A stretch of 58,110 nt of DNA. Source: Poseidonia sp. (lineage in GTDB: Archaea > Thermoplasmatota > Poseidoniia > Poseidoniales > Poseidoniaceae). The DNA is taken from NCBI GenBank assembly GCA_049617635.1, contig JBMZJQ010000005.1:1-58110 (forward strand), written 5' to 3'. The notes beneath the pieces were generated by a model, which saw only the letters and a list, made by a program, of their open reading frames with translations, was not told the origin of the DNA and did not search any database. Both the position numbers and the translations under genes were made by a program. Every line of letters begins with the position of its first letter. Position 1 is the stretch's first letter. Positions 28,648 to 43,656 of the stretch are shown one piece after another.

Positions 28648-29961
28648 ATGGCAGGGCGGGGGAAGAAAACCGTCCGAAAGGTACGCGTGGCCCACGAACT
28701 ACCAAAACGGCGGCGCATGGCCATCGATGAGGCCATGAAGGCTCACCAAACCGAAGATCGCCCTGAGTGGGACAGGACCTCCGACTGGGGCGATGTGCGG
28801 TTTTATCGTAAGCGCATCAAACCCGGCACTTTGCGAACCATCCAGTTGCCGCTGTTGGACGTGAACCTTGGCGACCGCTGGCCCGTTCCGGTCACCATCA
28901 TCCACGGCTCGCGCCCGGGCCCCTGCATCACGATTTTGGGAGGTATCCACGGGGACGAGTTGACTGGACCTTCTGCGTGCACCCACCTGCTCAGCAACGC
29001 CTTCACCGATGAAGGCAAGCCGTTGGATCCCAAGACCATGGCCGGCACCTTGCGTATCGTTCCGGTGGTGAACCTACCAGGATACCGGATGAAATCACGG
29101 TATTTCCCCGACGGACGCGACCTCAACCGCCAATTCCCCGGCGACCCCGGTGGCTCAACCACCAAGCGGGTTGCGGACCAAATTTGGAAGAGCCTGGTGG
29201 AGGACAGCGACGCCATCATCGACCTCCATAGCGCTGCCAAAGGACGCACCAATATGCCTCAAGTCCGTGTCGACTTGACTCATACAAGTTCATACTTACT
29301 CGCGAAATCCTTTGGGATTGAAATCCTCCTTGATTCCGTGCCTCCCAAAGGAACCCTCCGCCGTACCGCCAACGCCGCCGACATTCCCGTCATCACCTAC
29401 GAAGGCGGCGGTGCTGATTTCCTCGGCGACCAATCGGTGAAGGTCGCCGTGCACGGTATCATGAACGCCCTTCGCTCCATGCGCATGGTGCCCGGAAACC
29501 CTCAGCGACCGAAATTCCGCATCATGGCCAGCGGCTCGATTTGGTTGCGTGCGGCCGAGGGAGGTCTGCTGGACATGTTCGTTTCTGCAGGCAGCGTGAT
29601 GCGAGAAGGCGAGGTTGTGGCCACCATTTCCGACCCAGCCACACCCGGCATGACCGTGGACATTGTTGCCCCAGAGGACGGGTTGATCATCGGGGCTGCA
29701 ACCAATCCGTTCACGGCTGCAGGTATGCCTGTTGGGCATTTCCTTCCGATTTCAAAGCACTTTTCACTGCTTGAAGAACAAATTGATGCGAACGGTCATT
29801 TCATCGTCAACGGCAGCCAAGAAGACAGGGTATGGCGCGAGGAACACGAAATCAACGAGATTTCCCTCGACGGGGAGTGGAGCGGTGGCGGTGTTGATTC
29901 CGAGTGGATTGGCTCGAAAATCACCAACGACGAGAAGGATTTCGAAGAAGAAGACGCCTGA
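28648..29961 (+). CDS. Succinylglutamate desuccinylase/aspartoacylase family (M14-like) protein
   Basis: GGIHGDELTG, DLNRQFPG, IIDLHSA, ITYEGG, and a C-terminal biotinyl-like hairpin. Confidence 0.88.
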   Translation: MAGRGKKTVRKVRVAHELPKRRRMAIDEAMKAHQTEDRPEWDRTSDWGDVRFYRKRIKPGTLRTIQLPLLDVNLGDRWPVPVTIIHGSRPGPCITILGGIHGDELTGPSACTHLLSNAFTDEGKPLDPKTMAGTLRIVPVVNLPGYRMKSRYFPDGRDLNRQFPGDPGGSTTKRVADQIWKSLVEDSDAIIDLHSAAKGRTNMPQVRVDLTHTSSYLLAKSFGIEILLDSVPPKGTLRRTANAADIPVITYEGGGADFLGDQSVKVAVHGIMNALRSMRMVPGNPQRPKFRIMASGSIWLRAAEGGLLDMFVSAGSVMREGEVVATISDPATPGMTVDIVAPEDGLIIGAATNPFTAAGMPVGHFLPISKHFSLLEEQIDANGHFIVNGSQEDRVWREEHEINEISLDGEWSGGGVDSEWIGSKITNDEKDFEEEDA

Positions 29962-31218
29962 TCACTGGCCAGCGAAGGCAGCAACGGCGGCGTGGATTTC
30001 TTCATCCAACATGTTTCGCTTCTGACCTTTGGCCACTTCGAACAAATGGGCCACGAGGTCGTCGTTGGCCTCGATACCGTTCTGTTCAAGCCACCAAACG
30101 ATGTTGGAACGTCCCGACATGTGGCCAATGCGGATCACCTGCTTGAGGCCGAAGTCACCGGCAGGGACGCCTGAATACACACGGTCTGCCAGCCAGTGGT
30201 CGCCCTTTCGCATGGCCTTGATGACCGCCGAGGCGTGCACACCTGTACCTGTTTCAAAGGCATCCTCGCCAAAGACAGGGTAGTTGCGTGGCAGCGGCAC
30301 TTCGATGTATTCGTTGGCCTTCTGCATGTAGGTGTCAAGCAAGGTCAGGTCGTTGTCGATAACGCCCATCAATTTCAGATTGACCAGGGTTTGGTCCAAT
30401 GGAGCGTTCCCGGCTCGCTCCCCTACACCAAGGGCGGTTCCGTGAATGACATCCGCTCCAGCCTCAACCGCTGCAATGTTGTTTGCAACGCCGAGGCCGC
30501 GGTCTTGATGACCGTGCCAGTTAACCTCGATCTCTCGGCGCTGGTATCCTGCGTCTTTGATGACTTCTTCGTCAATGAAGTGCAAGAGTTTCTTCACGCC
30601 GTTGGGCGTCACGTGACCGCAGGTGTCGCAAACGCACAAGCGACGAACGCCCAATTCCATGGCTCGCTGATAGATGGCTTTGACATCCTCTGGGTTGGAC
30701 CGTGTGGTGTCTTCGGTGACGAACATGACCGGCACGTCGTTTTCAACCGCATAAGAGACTGCGGCTTCCATCGTGGTCATGAGTTTCTCCATCGTCCACC
30801 CTTCGGTGTATTGACGGATAGGGCTGGTGCCAAGGAACGCCGAGGCTTGGATTTCCATGTCGTGTTTGGCCTGCATTTCCACCAGTGGCTCAATGTCGCC
30901 CATGAGGGTGCGGACCGCAGCGCCAGGACGAATGCTGTAGCCGTTGTCTTTGATGTGGGTGAGCATGGCGTCGATGTGGTCTCGGTGAAACGGTCCAGCC
31001 CCGGGGAGGCCGAGGTCGACTTTCTGAATGCCAAGTTGTTCCATGTAACCCAACAACTCAATCTTCTGCTCAATCGTAGGGTTTCGTGCGCTGGGGCTTT
31101 GCAAACCATCCCTCAACGTTTCGTCATCAAACCATACACCATGGGGGTGATTGGCTGCATTTCGGTTGAATTCGTACTCAATCGTGTTCCAATCGTATAT
31201 CAGTGAACGCTCGTCCAT
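29962..31218 (-). CDS. leuA: 2-isopropylmalate synthase / homocitrate synthase family (short form, no regulatory domain)
   Basis: DETLRDGLQ, EDTTR, CDTCG, HGHQDRGLGVAN, GVGERAGNA, GVHA. Confidence 0.8.
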   Translation of the reverse strand: MDERSLIYDWNTIEYEFNRNAANHPHGVWFDDETLRDGLQSPSARNPTIEQKIELLGYMEQLGIQKVDLGLPGAGPFHRDHIDAMLTHIKDNGYSIRPGAAVRTLMGDIEPLVEMQAKHDMEIQASAFLGTSPIRQYTEGWTMEKLMTTMEAAVSYAVENDVPVMFVTEDTTRSNPEDVKAIYQRAMELGVRRLCVCDTCGHVTPNGVKKLLHFIDEEVIKDAGYQRREIEVNWHGHQDRGLGVANNIAAVEAGADVIHGTALGVGERAGNAPLDQTLVNLKLMGVIDNDLTLLDTYMQKANEYIEVPLPRNYPVFGEDAFETGTGVHASAVIKAMRKGDHWLADRVYSGVPAGDFGLKQVIRIGHMSGRSNIVWWLEQNGIEANDDLVAHLFEVAKGQKRNMLDEEIHAAVAAFAGQ

Positions 31219-31330
31219 CAACATCACACCTGCGGCAGCGAGTTGCCCCCGCAATTGCTGAGAACATCCCTTCCCGTTTCAATGCGTCGCTTGCTTGCTG
31301 AAAGCAGGTGCCAGCACACCGCTTCGGTGG

Positions 31331-35993
<4,663 letters not shown>

Positions 35994-36083
35994 TCAATTT
36001 AGAAGGTGGAATCGGGGTGCTGCGGCGTGTTTTCGAACCGGAAAGATGCCCTTATCCTCCTACAAAAGAAAGACCCCTTGACA

Positions 36084-36099
36084 GGGTATAAACATACCC
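36084..36099. promoter_or_regulatory. Palindrome GGGTAT-N4-ATACCC overlapping a TTTATA box upstream of gyrB
   Basis: Perfect 6-bp inverted repeat in the gyrB/aroD divergent intergenic region. The minus strand reads GGGTATGTTTATACCC. Confidence 0.35.
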
Positions 36100-36270
36100 C
36101 TCCCCAAGGCTCAAAAACGATGTATTGCGCCGTAATTTCGCACCGCCACATCAACCAAACAACCCTCCAAAACGAGACTTCGAGTTTGAATGCGGAGCAT
36201 CCTTTCCTCGCCCTCGCCTCCGAGAGCATCAAGCGTGAGCGTTAAGAAGAGGTCGTCGGTGGGCCAAAAC

Positions 36271-37068
36271 ATGACTGGACCAAAAGTGTGCGTCTCGCTT
36301 GAAGGCACCACCGTAAAAGAAATGGCTGACGAGGCTGCTCGTGCCAACCTTGCAGGTGCTGATTTCGTTGAAGTCCGCTTTGACCGGTTGTACCTCAAAA
36401 AGCCCGAACCGCAAGAAGTTGAGGGCGAAGACGGTGAGGTCAAGCGCGTGATGCCTCCCGAAGAGGAGTGGGCCGTTCGTGATCTCGCCGACGTTGATGT
36501 CGAAGCCTCCATTCAATCGTTGAAAGAGAGCATCCCCCTCCCAGTCATCTTCACGGTACGCCCCAAGGACGAAGGCGGACACTACCCCAGCAACGAAAAA
36601 GACCGCCGGGCCATTTTGGAACAGGCTATTGATTCGGGCGTCAACAGCGTCGACCTTGAGCTCTCCATCGACACCAAGGCCCGTCAATCCATGGTTGAAA
36701 AGGCAGAAAAAGCAAACGTGAAGGTCATCTCTTCCATTCACAACACGACGACCACCCCGAGCGCAGAGGAACTCGTCAGCATGGTCAACGAGAACGCCAA
36801 GGAAGGTGAAATTTTCAAATTCTGTGGAACCGTTAACGACCATCAAGACGCCTTGCAAATTGTTGAGGCGAGTTACGAACTCAAGGATTCATCCCATGCA
36901 TTCTCGCTCATGGCTCTTGGCAACGGAGGCGACTGGGCTCGCCTTCATGCGCCCGTTCTCGGTCAAAGCCTCGTTTACGCCACGTTGCGAACGGAGTTCA
37001 AACTCTCGAACAAGGGCCTCGTGAACATCCGGGACCTCAAGAACGCCTGGACGCTCATGGAATATTGA
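36271..37068 (+). CDS. aroD: Type I 3-dehydroquinate dehydratase
   Basis: GADFVEVRFD, PVIFTVRPKDEGG, VDLE, ISSIHN (His), IFKF (Schiff-base Lys), MALG...R. TTAAG about 25 nt upstream. Confidence 0.9.
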   Translation: MTGPKVCVSLEGTTVKEMADEAARANLAGADFVEVRFDRLYLKKPEPQEVEGEDGEVKRVMPPEEEWAVRDLADVDVEASIQSLKESIPLPVIFTVRPKDEGGHYPSNEKDRRAILEQAIDSGVNSVDLELSIDTKARQSMVEKAEKANVKVISSIHNTTTTPSAEELVSMVNENAKEGEIFKFCGTVNDHQDALQIVEASYELKDSSHAFSLMALGNGGDWARLHAPVLGQSLVYATLRTEFKLSNKGLVNIRDLKNAWTLMEY

Positions 37069-37081
37069 GGCGTTCTCCGAA

Positions 37082-38173
37082 TCAGCCGCCCTCCGCCTCG
37101 GAGGGTGTTTGTTCAAGGTAGGGCACAGCCGTTGTTTCCTCACGGCTATCCGAGCCCAATCCAGCATTGTGATATCGCTTGTTGAGGACCAGCGGAACGA
37201 TGAACACCGCAGCCAACAAGGCAAACAGCACCAATGGTACCGTCCATGTCGGGAAGATGGCGTTTCTTGCTTCAGACAGCACCGTCACATCGGCAACGAC
37301 CACTTGTCCGCTGACACCTGCATCGTCATCGTGGGTGTTGTCCCATGCATCGATCACGAGATAGAAGTCTTGCCACTCGTCGTTTCCAAACAGCGAAGTG
37401 TAGACTTCGGGGGCGTCCATGGCGACTGAAAACGTCACCTCTGAACGGGATTCGTACTGATGGACGTCTCGGTAAGATTGCCAGCCGAGTGGATTGAAAC
37501 TTCGCCACTCCGGTGGGATATCGCTGAGCACATTGTTGTCGCCACCTGCCAAATCAATGTCATTCCACCACCACCCACCGTGAATCATTCTGTAGACTTC
37601 CTCGTAGCGGGTGTATTGGGACGAAGTCATCAGATAAACGTCAGCGTCAACGGGTTGAGATTCGCCCCCAGCCACGCTATAGAGGTTCACACAGAACGTG
37701 GTTCGATGGGCGCTGGAGAGATTGAAACGCAAGGCACCAGCACTGTCGTTACCAACGAGCATCGTGATGTAGTGGCCTTCCGTGAACGGGACCAAGGTGG
37801 GCAGAGGCCAAGTAGGGTTGTACATCCAAGGCTCCTCGGGATGAAGGGCTTCATCCCAATCACCGAGGATTTTTCCTGAACCTTCGTCCTCACCGAAGCC
37901 GTCATCGTCGCTGGCTCGCACGTCATCTTCGTAACCATAGTATGGCATTCCCCATGAAGAAAACGGGACGAGAGCGTGACGCTGGACGGTCTGGTTCCAC
38001 TCGGTGTTGACCACCTCGCCCTCGCATCCTGTGGCAGCTTGAGCGTTGGGGGCCAAGCCGCCTCCAAACGACATCACGGGGAGAAGGAACACCGTGAACA
38101 GTGCAAAAGCAGTCCATCGCATCCGTTGCACCGGCCTGATGGTGGAGTCGGCGGTTTTAGGAGATTCCCTCAT
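37082..38173 (-). CDS. Hypothetical membrane-anchored extracellular protein
   Basis: N-terminal signal-like segment, acidic beta-rich domain (FYLVIDAWDN), C-terminal TM. ATGA overlap with the PKD peptidase gene. Confidence 0.7.
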   Translation of the reverse strand: MRESPKTADSTIRPVQRMRWTAFALFTVFLLPVMSFGGGLAPNAQAATGCEGEVVNTEWNQTVQRHALVPFSSWGMPYYGYEDDVRASDDDGFGEDEGSGKILGDWDEALHPEEPWMYNPTWPLPTLVPFTEGHYITMLVGNDSAGALRFNLSSAHRTTFCVNLYSVAGGESQPVDADVYLMTSSQYTRYEEVYRMIHGGWWWNDIDLAGGDNNVLSDIPPEWRSFNPLGWQSYRDVHQYESRSEVTFSVAMDAPEVYTSLFGNDEWQDFYLVIDAWDNTHDDDAGVSGQVVVADVTVLSEARNAIFPTWTVPLVLFALLAAVFIVPLVLNKRYHNAGLGSDSREETTAVPYLEQTPSEAEGG

Positions 38174-41100
38174 CGTCGTCGCAACGGGCGGATGTATCCG
38201 CTGTCGTCGTTGCGACGCTCGTCCTTGGAGAGAATCTTCGGCGCTGGAGGCGGCTGGTGGTGATCCATGCCCAACAGTCCGCCTTGCGACTCAACGTGTT
38301 CGATATCGGTGTACGTTTCAGCCGCTTCCTTGGCCTCTTCTTCGAGCTCCGTTGGTTCACGCATCACCAACCAGCCCAAGATGAGGGCAACCACGATCAA
38401 AGCGATGAAGGTCGCCAGTTCAGAGCCAGCGTCAGCCAGCCAAGACTTCCACTCTTCAGCGCTAAAGTCCGACAGGGAAGGGGGACCCTCGGGCTCGGGA
38501 ACCACTTCGATGTCCTCGGTCAGCGTGGCACACTGGCCCATGCCGTCGCAGACTTCCACCATCACGGTGTAGTATCCTGTCGCATCCCACGTGTTGATGG
38601 TTCGCGTGGTTGACCCTGCGATGGGCGTGACCCAATCGTCCTCAGCGTTGCCGTTTTCATCTTCATCAACGTCGAGGTCAAAGTCCCATCGAACACTGTA
38701 ATCGGTGCCGATGCGCTCGTCTCGCTCGCTGATGGAACCATCCTCAACATCGAGGTCTCGATAAATCTCCATGTCGCTTCCGACCTCCATGTCATGGATA
38801 TCGGCATCAAAAGAAGCAGAAGAACCGCTGAAAATGCTCTCCGGAACGAAAATGGCCTTGACTTCGGGCGGATGGTCCACCACCACGGTGAAGGTCGAGC
38901 GGGACACATCGCCTGTTCCAAAGGCGTCCCTGACCGTGAGCGAAACGGTGTAGGTGCCCGGCAGGGTGTAGGCGTGCCACGGTGAGGCGCCATGCTCGAG
39001 TGGCGTGGCATCACCGAAGTCCCACGTGTACTCGACCAGACCGTTCCAGTCCGGCGATTCCGTTTCAAACGGCACGTACTTGCCTTCGAATTGTCGGTCA
39101 CCGTCTCGAGTTCCGCTTGAATCAAAGTACAACAAACGCTTCGGTGCGGTCACGACGGCGCCGTCTTCGTTGAAGGTGTGCGACCAATCATCGGGAAGGG
39201 AACCTTCGGGGAACACCGTGGACGTGGTGATCAATTCACCGTCCAACCAGCCATCGAGGATGCGAACTTGGATGATCGGCAAGGGGTTGGCAATGCGAAC
39301 GGTCATCGTTCGTGGGAAACTTTCCACGCCTTCCTTGTCCGTGACGACCAGGGTCACGGTGTGAATTCCGGGCGTCGTGAACGTGTGGGTGACTTGAGGG
39401 CGGTCGCCAAAGGTTCCATCCGAAAACGTCCAATTCCACACCTCAATGTCGCTTGAGTCGCCCACCACCCCGTCGGGGTCCCTGCTGTCCAATCCATCGA
39501 ACACATAGGCGGTGTCAACCTCTCCGTCCTCTTCACGGAAATCAATTTCTCGTGAGCCCATGGCGGAGAGCGTGCGAACGTCGAAGGTCGCCACCGGGAT
39601 TTGGTTCAGGACGACCACGTTCAACACAGCGGTTGCTTCGCTTCCGTCGTCATCAACCACGGTCAAGGTCACGGTTTTGTTGCCTGGGGTGTCCCACGCA
39701 AGAATCGGGTTGCTCTCGCTGCTTGAGATGATGGAATAATCGTCGGAGCGTACAGGGATTCCGGCGCCAACTCGAACGCCGTCTGAAAACGTCCACGTGT
39801 AGCCCACCAAGACTCCGTCGTCGTCTTTGAAGACATCCGGCATCACCAGCGAAGTGTAGGTCATCGTGGTCAGCGTTTCCGTAAAGATTTGAACGGGCAA
39901 TCGGTTGTTGATGTGAACGAGGAGGGTTTTGGTGCCGATGTTGATGCCGTCAGAAACGGTCAATGTCAAGTTGAAGGTGGCGTTTTCGCCGTCGATGTCG
40001 TTCCATTCATGCTGTTGGGAGTAGACCCCCATGCCGCCCGAGGTGGTTCCATCACCCCAATCCCATTGGAAGTCAAGGTACTCAAGGGGCACATTGTCAG
40101 CGGTTCGACCTGCTGAAAACAAGATGCGTTGGCCGGTCAACAAGGAAATGTCTTGGTCAATGACCACGTTGTTGACCGATATGATTGGAATCGGTTCGGA
40201 ATCGTCGGAGACGTTGATGGCATGCAGTTGGGTTTCCGACCATGAACCTCCACGATCTTGGACGCGCAAGGTGGCGTTGTAGGAACCCACATCGGTGTAG
40301 GCACGAAGCGGAGATTTCAGATTCGAAGAGCCGTTGTCTCCAAACACCCACGCGTAGGCGGTTGGCAAATCGAGGTAGGGCAACGTGTTGTTGTCAAGAG
40401 AAAGACCCCATGCGTCAAACCCTCCGCCCAAAAATTGGATGTTTTCCCAGGTTTGAACGTCGTTCATCGAGACCGTGCCGTTGGCTACGGGCTTCATGTT
40501 GTTGAGCAGTTGTGGGGAGGTTTGCAGCGTGTCCACAACATCACCCAGCATGTCCTTCATGACGAGGTCGAAGGCATACTGGTCGGTCAACGGTGCCGTG
40601 AAGTGAACCTCGCCGGGAACATCGACACCACCGCCGGCTGCGATGCGGTCGGTGATGGTGTCAACGAGTTGACCCGAGCTGTCTTTGACGCTGATTTCAA
40701 CGTCCAAGTCCTCGAAAAAGGCGTTTGAGAGAACACCGTAATTGATGTTCACCGTGTCGTCTGAACCGTCTCCATCCCGGTCGGAGAGGACGGTGTTGTT
40801 GAGCGAGAGGGTGGCGGGCGAAGTGATTCGAGCAGCCTCGATATCGATCACGCCGGTCGGGTAGGAAGGGCCGCAAGAGGTGTAGTCACAATCCGCCACG
40901 GTGCTGGCGTACCACGTGATGACCCAGACTTCATCGGTCAGGTTGCCAAATCCAGGCACAAGGCCGGTCGCCACGTTGTTCACGAAGTTGAGGTCGGTGA
41001 CGCTCCACAGGCCGTCCGTGGTGGCTTTGGTCACAATAACGCCGTCGAATTGGCTCTTATCGGCCGTCATACGGAGCGTCAAAGGTGCAGGAGAGGCTGC

Positions 41101-42402
41101 GCCCGGGGTGAATTTGAACGAACGAATGCCCCAACCTTCCAGCGTGTTACCCGTGGACGACCAAGGTCCGGACCAGTCGCTGTTGGTTTCCGTGGGCTGG
41201 GCGCGACAGAAGGCACCGCCTGTGCACACAGGATTGAGATCCAAATTTGGATAGCCGTAAATGCCCTGATCTGAATCCAAGGTGACGGCCACACTGAAGT
41301 TGGCAAAGGCCTCGTTCATCGTGCGACCAAGAAGGCCCACTTGGCCTGCTTGAGGTGAAAGAAGCAGGTTTTCAACGCCTCGCCCACCGGTCGCTGAGTC
41401 TTGAACGAGTTGCCGAACGGCTGGTCCACCGCCAAGGTGCTCGGCGAGGTACATGGTGAACAGGTAGCCTGCTCCGTAATCAGCAATGCGCTGATTCCAC
41501 CATCGCACGGATTGCTCGGGTGAGCCGGTCCATGCATTGACGTGTCCCCGCAGGGTTGAGTCAGCGCCGAAACAGAGGTAGATGGCGACGTCGGCGTTGC
41601 CTTCGTCAATCCACAGGTTTTCGTAAGGGTCCAGGGCATTGTGCAGCAGGTGCTCGAGTTCGTGGGCGAGAATGGATTTGCCCCAACTCAAGGTGATGTC
41701 GGCGAAATCAACGAACACGGCTTCCCTTGAGCTGGCGAAGGAGGGGGCAAAGTAGCCGCCAGTGTTGTAAGCACCATCGATGTCGTAAATGATGATCTGC
41801 ACCTGGCAGTTGTTGTCAACATCGGGAGGAGCAAGCCCACGGCCGTCTTGGTAGTCCTTCCCATAGTAGGTGGTCATGGTCGGGTAGATGGTGGAATCCC
41901 ACGTGCTGGCCAAATTGTTGAGGACGGTTGAGGTCAGCGTGCGCCCGCTTTGTACGATGAAGGCCACGCTGGTGGTCGTTTTGGCAACGTAGGCTGAAAT
42001 TTGGCCCCCCGCCGTGTTGACGGTGAGGGTGTCGCCGACCGAGTGTGGGGTGCATGCGCGCCCGGCCGAGCGGCCCATCGAAGGCTCAACCACCATCGAA
42101 TCAACACCAGGGCGACCGGCATCAATCCAGGCTTGACGCATGAAGGATGTGGCCGAAACAACGGGCTCTTCTTCGTGAATAAACAAATACTCACTTCCTG
42201 TGCTGGGGTCGAATTCTTCAAGATCACCAATGATGATGCCACCGGCCTGATAGGTCGTTGCTTCGGTGGTTGATGCGTTGCCTTCAGCACCGGCATGCAG
42301 GAACAAAGGCCCACCGCTGGCAAACACCATGAGGAGCATGAACAAAATCGCTGGACTAGAACGCCGTTCCGACAAATGAATCACCGTGGGGAATCGCAGC
42401 AC
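38170..42402 (-). CDS. Large surface zinc metallopeptidase (M30/hyicolysin-like) with multiple PKD domains and C-terminal anchor
   Basis: GGYF, ILAHELEHLLH, WIDEGNAD, DYGAGYLF, then repeated WxFGD/WDWGDG...HxY/F..PG.YTV.LTV.D PKD motifs and a C-terminal TM. Confidence 0.85.
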   Translation of the reverse strand: MLRFPTVIHLSERRSSPAILFMLLMVFASGGPLFLHAGAEGNASTTEATTYQAGGIIIGDLEEFDPSTGSEYLFIHEEEPVVSATSFMRQAWIDAGRPGVDSMVVEPSMGRSAGRACTPHSVGDTLTVNTAGGQISAYVAKTTTSVAFIVQSGRTLTSTVLNNLASTWDSTIYPTMTTYYGKDYQDGRGLAPPDVDNNCQVQIIIYDIDGAYNTGGYFAPSFASSREAVFVDFADITLSWGKSILAHELEHLLHNALDPYENLWIDEGNADVAIYLCFGADSTLRGHVNAWTGSPEQSVRWWNQRIADYGAGYLFTMYLAEHLGGGPAVRQLVQDSATGGRGVENLLLSPQAGQVGLLGRTMNEAFANFSVAVTLDSDQGIYGYPNLDLNPVCTGGAFCRAQPTETNSDWSGPWSSTGNTLEGWGIRSFKFTPGAASPAPLTLRMTADKSQFDGVIVTKATTDGLWSVTDLNFVNNVATGLVPGFGNLTDEVWVITWYASTVADCDYTSCGPSYPTGVIDIEAARITSPATLSLNNTVLSDRDGDGSDDTVNINYGVLSNAFFEDLDVEISVKDSSGQLVDTITDRIAAGGGVDVPGEVHFTAPLTDQYAFDLVMKDMLGDVVDTLQTSPQLLNNMKPVANGTVSMNDVQTWENIQFLGGGFDAWGLSLDNNTLPYLDLPTAYAWVFGDNGSSNLKSPLRAYTDVGSYNATLRVQDRGGSWSETQLHAINVSDDSEPIPIISVNNVVIDQDISLLTGQRILFSAGRTADNVPLEYLDFQWDWGDGTTSGGMGVYSQQHEWNDIDGENATFNLTLTVSDGINIGTKTLLVHINNRLPVQIFTETLTTMTYTSLVMPDVFKDDDGVLVGYTWTFSDGVRVGAGIPVRSDDYSIISSSESNPILAWDTPGNKTVTLTVVDDDGSEATAVLNVVVLNQIPVATFDVRTLSAMGSREIDFREEDGEVDTAYVFDGLDSRDPDGVVGDSSDIEVWNWTFSDGTFGDRPQVTHTFTTPGIHTVTLVVTDKEGVESFPRTMTVRIANPLPIIQVRILDGWLDGELITTSTVFPEGSLPDDWSHTFNEDGAVVTAPKRLLYFDSSGTRDGDRQFEGKYVPFETESPDWNGLVEYTWDFGDATPLEHGASPWHAYTLPGTYTVSLTVRDAFGTGDVSRSTFTVVVDHPPEVKAIFVPESIFSGSSASFDADIHDMEVGSDMEIYRDLDVEDGSISERDERIGTDYSVRWDFDLDVDEDENGNAEDDWVTPIAGSTTRTINTWDATGYYTVMVEVCDGMGQCATLTEDIEVVPEPEGPPSLSDFSAEEWKSWLADAGSELATFIALIVVALILGWLVMREPTELEEEAKEAAETYTDIEHVESQGGLLGMDHHQPPPAPKILSKDERRNDDSGYIRPLRRR

Positions 42403-42434
42403 GGATTCCTATTTTACCGAAGTAAAAGGAGGTA

Positions 42435-42440
42435 TTTAAG
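42435..42440 (+). promoter_or_regulatory. Candidate TATA box (TTTAAG) for the M28 peptidase gene
   Basis: TTTAAG 22 nt upstream of ATG 42463, preceded by a purine-rich BRE-like stretch. Confidence 0.45.
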
Positions 42441-42462
42441 AGTCCGTGGTGAAGGCATCACC

Positions 42463-43644
42463 ATGCATCAAGCGATACCTCGCACGCGTGGCGTTCCATT
42501 CGTGCTCGGTTTGCTGGTGATATTGAGCCTTACAGCACCGTTTGTCAACGGCAGCTCCAACGAAGATTCATGGCCCAGCACCTCGAATTCCATCTGTGCT
42601 GCAAGCGAACATCTCGCGTTCAACGGCACAAAGGCGAACCAATCCGTGCAGTGGCAGGTTGACCTTGGCCCTCGCCTACCGGGCTCCAACGCTTCCGCAG
42701 AATTCCGTCATCACCTCACCGCCACCCTGAACAACGAGGGGTGGGCGGTCACGCAAACCGTTCACCATCGACACGGCATGAACCTCACCAACCTCGAAGC
42801 ACGGTGGAGTGGTTCAGATCCCGATGCAGGTCAAGTCGTCCTTTCCGCCCATTACGATTCCCGCAACATCGCCGACCACGATGAAAACAAAACCAATCAA
42901 TCCTTACCGGTGCCGGGGGCCAACGACGGAGCAAGCGGCGTCGCCGTCCTCATCGAACTTGCAAATCACATCCCTGGGATGAACTTGCCCTACGACGTGG
43001 TGCTCTTTTGGAACGATGCAGAGGACCAAAACGACAACTACACGGTTGGGGCTGAAGCATGGGCTGAAAACCTCACGCAGGAAGAGATCAACGCCACCCA
43101 CGCCTTCGTGCTGTTGGACATGGTGGGCGATGCCGATTTGCAGCTGCAAAACATCAATCCAGGCAACAACACCCTCAAGGAGCGCATCGTGGTTTTGGGC
43201 ACCGCCCTTGGCTTGGTCGCCGACGAACCCGACTGTCACGGAAACAACGGGCTAGACATCATCCAGTACGATGTCGAAGTGGCTGTCATCGACGACCACG
43301 TCCATGCCCACAACCTCAACATACCCAGCATCGACGTGATGGACCCTGTCTATGGAGAGCCGAAGTTCAGAACCTTTGGCTCCTACTGGCACACCATGCA
43401 AGACACCCCTGACAAGGTCAGCGCTGAGTCGCTGGGCCATGTGGGTCGCTTGGTGGAATTGGGACTTCGGACCGATGCATTTGTTGATGTTTCGTCGGAT
43501 TTCGAAGAAGAGGCGAACCTGCCAACCACCATCGAACCCTCGACTGAAGACGAACAACGAACGTCCCAGTTGGTCTTCGCCATGGTTGGTCTGGGCGTGC
43601 TCGGTGTGCTTCTTGCGCTTGCAGAACGCGAGGTGAGGTCCTGA
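42463..43644 (+). CDS. M28 family peptidase (glutaminyl-cyclase-like), membrane anchored
   Basis: Signal peptide, GPRLPGS, SAHYDSR, PGANDGASGVAVLIE, NDAED, LLDMVGD, DDH, YWHT, C-terminal TM. Confidence 0.9.
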   Translation: MHQAIPRTRGVPFVLGLLVILSLTAPFVNGSSNEDSWPSTSNSICAASEHLAFNGTKANQSVQWQVDLGPRLPGSNASAEFRHHLTATLNNEGWAVTQTVHHRHGMNLTNLEARWSGSDPDAGQVVLSAHYDSRNIADHDENKTNQSLPVPGANDGASGVAVLIELANHIPGMNLPYDVVLFWNDAEDQNDNYTVGAEAWAENLTQEEINATHAFVLLDMVGDADLQLQNINPGNNTLKERIVVLGTALGLVADEPDCHGNNGLDIIQYDVEVAVIDDHVHAHNLNIPSIDVMDPVYGEPKFRTFGSYWHTMQDTPDKVSAESLGHVGRLVELGLRTDAFVDVSSDFEEEANLPTTIEPSTEDEQRTSQLVFAMVGLGVLGVLLALAEREVRS

Positions 43645-43656
43645 TGCACATGCGCG

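Noticed and set aside
35999-36245. Small ORFs or a tRNA in the gyrB-aroD gap
   Set aside because: No cloverleaf or TPsiC/D-loop consensus is visible, and the ORFs lack SD sites and protein-like features.
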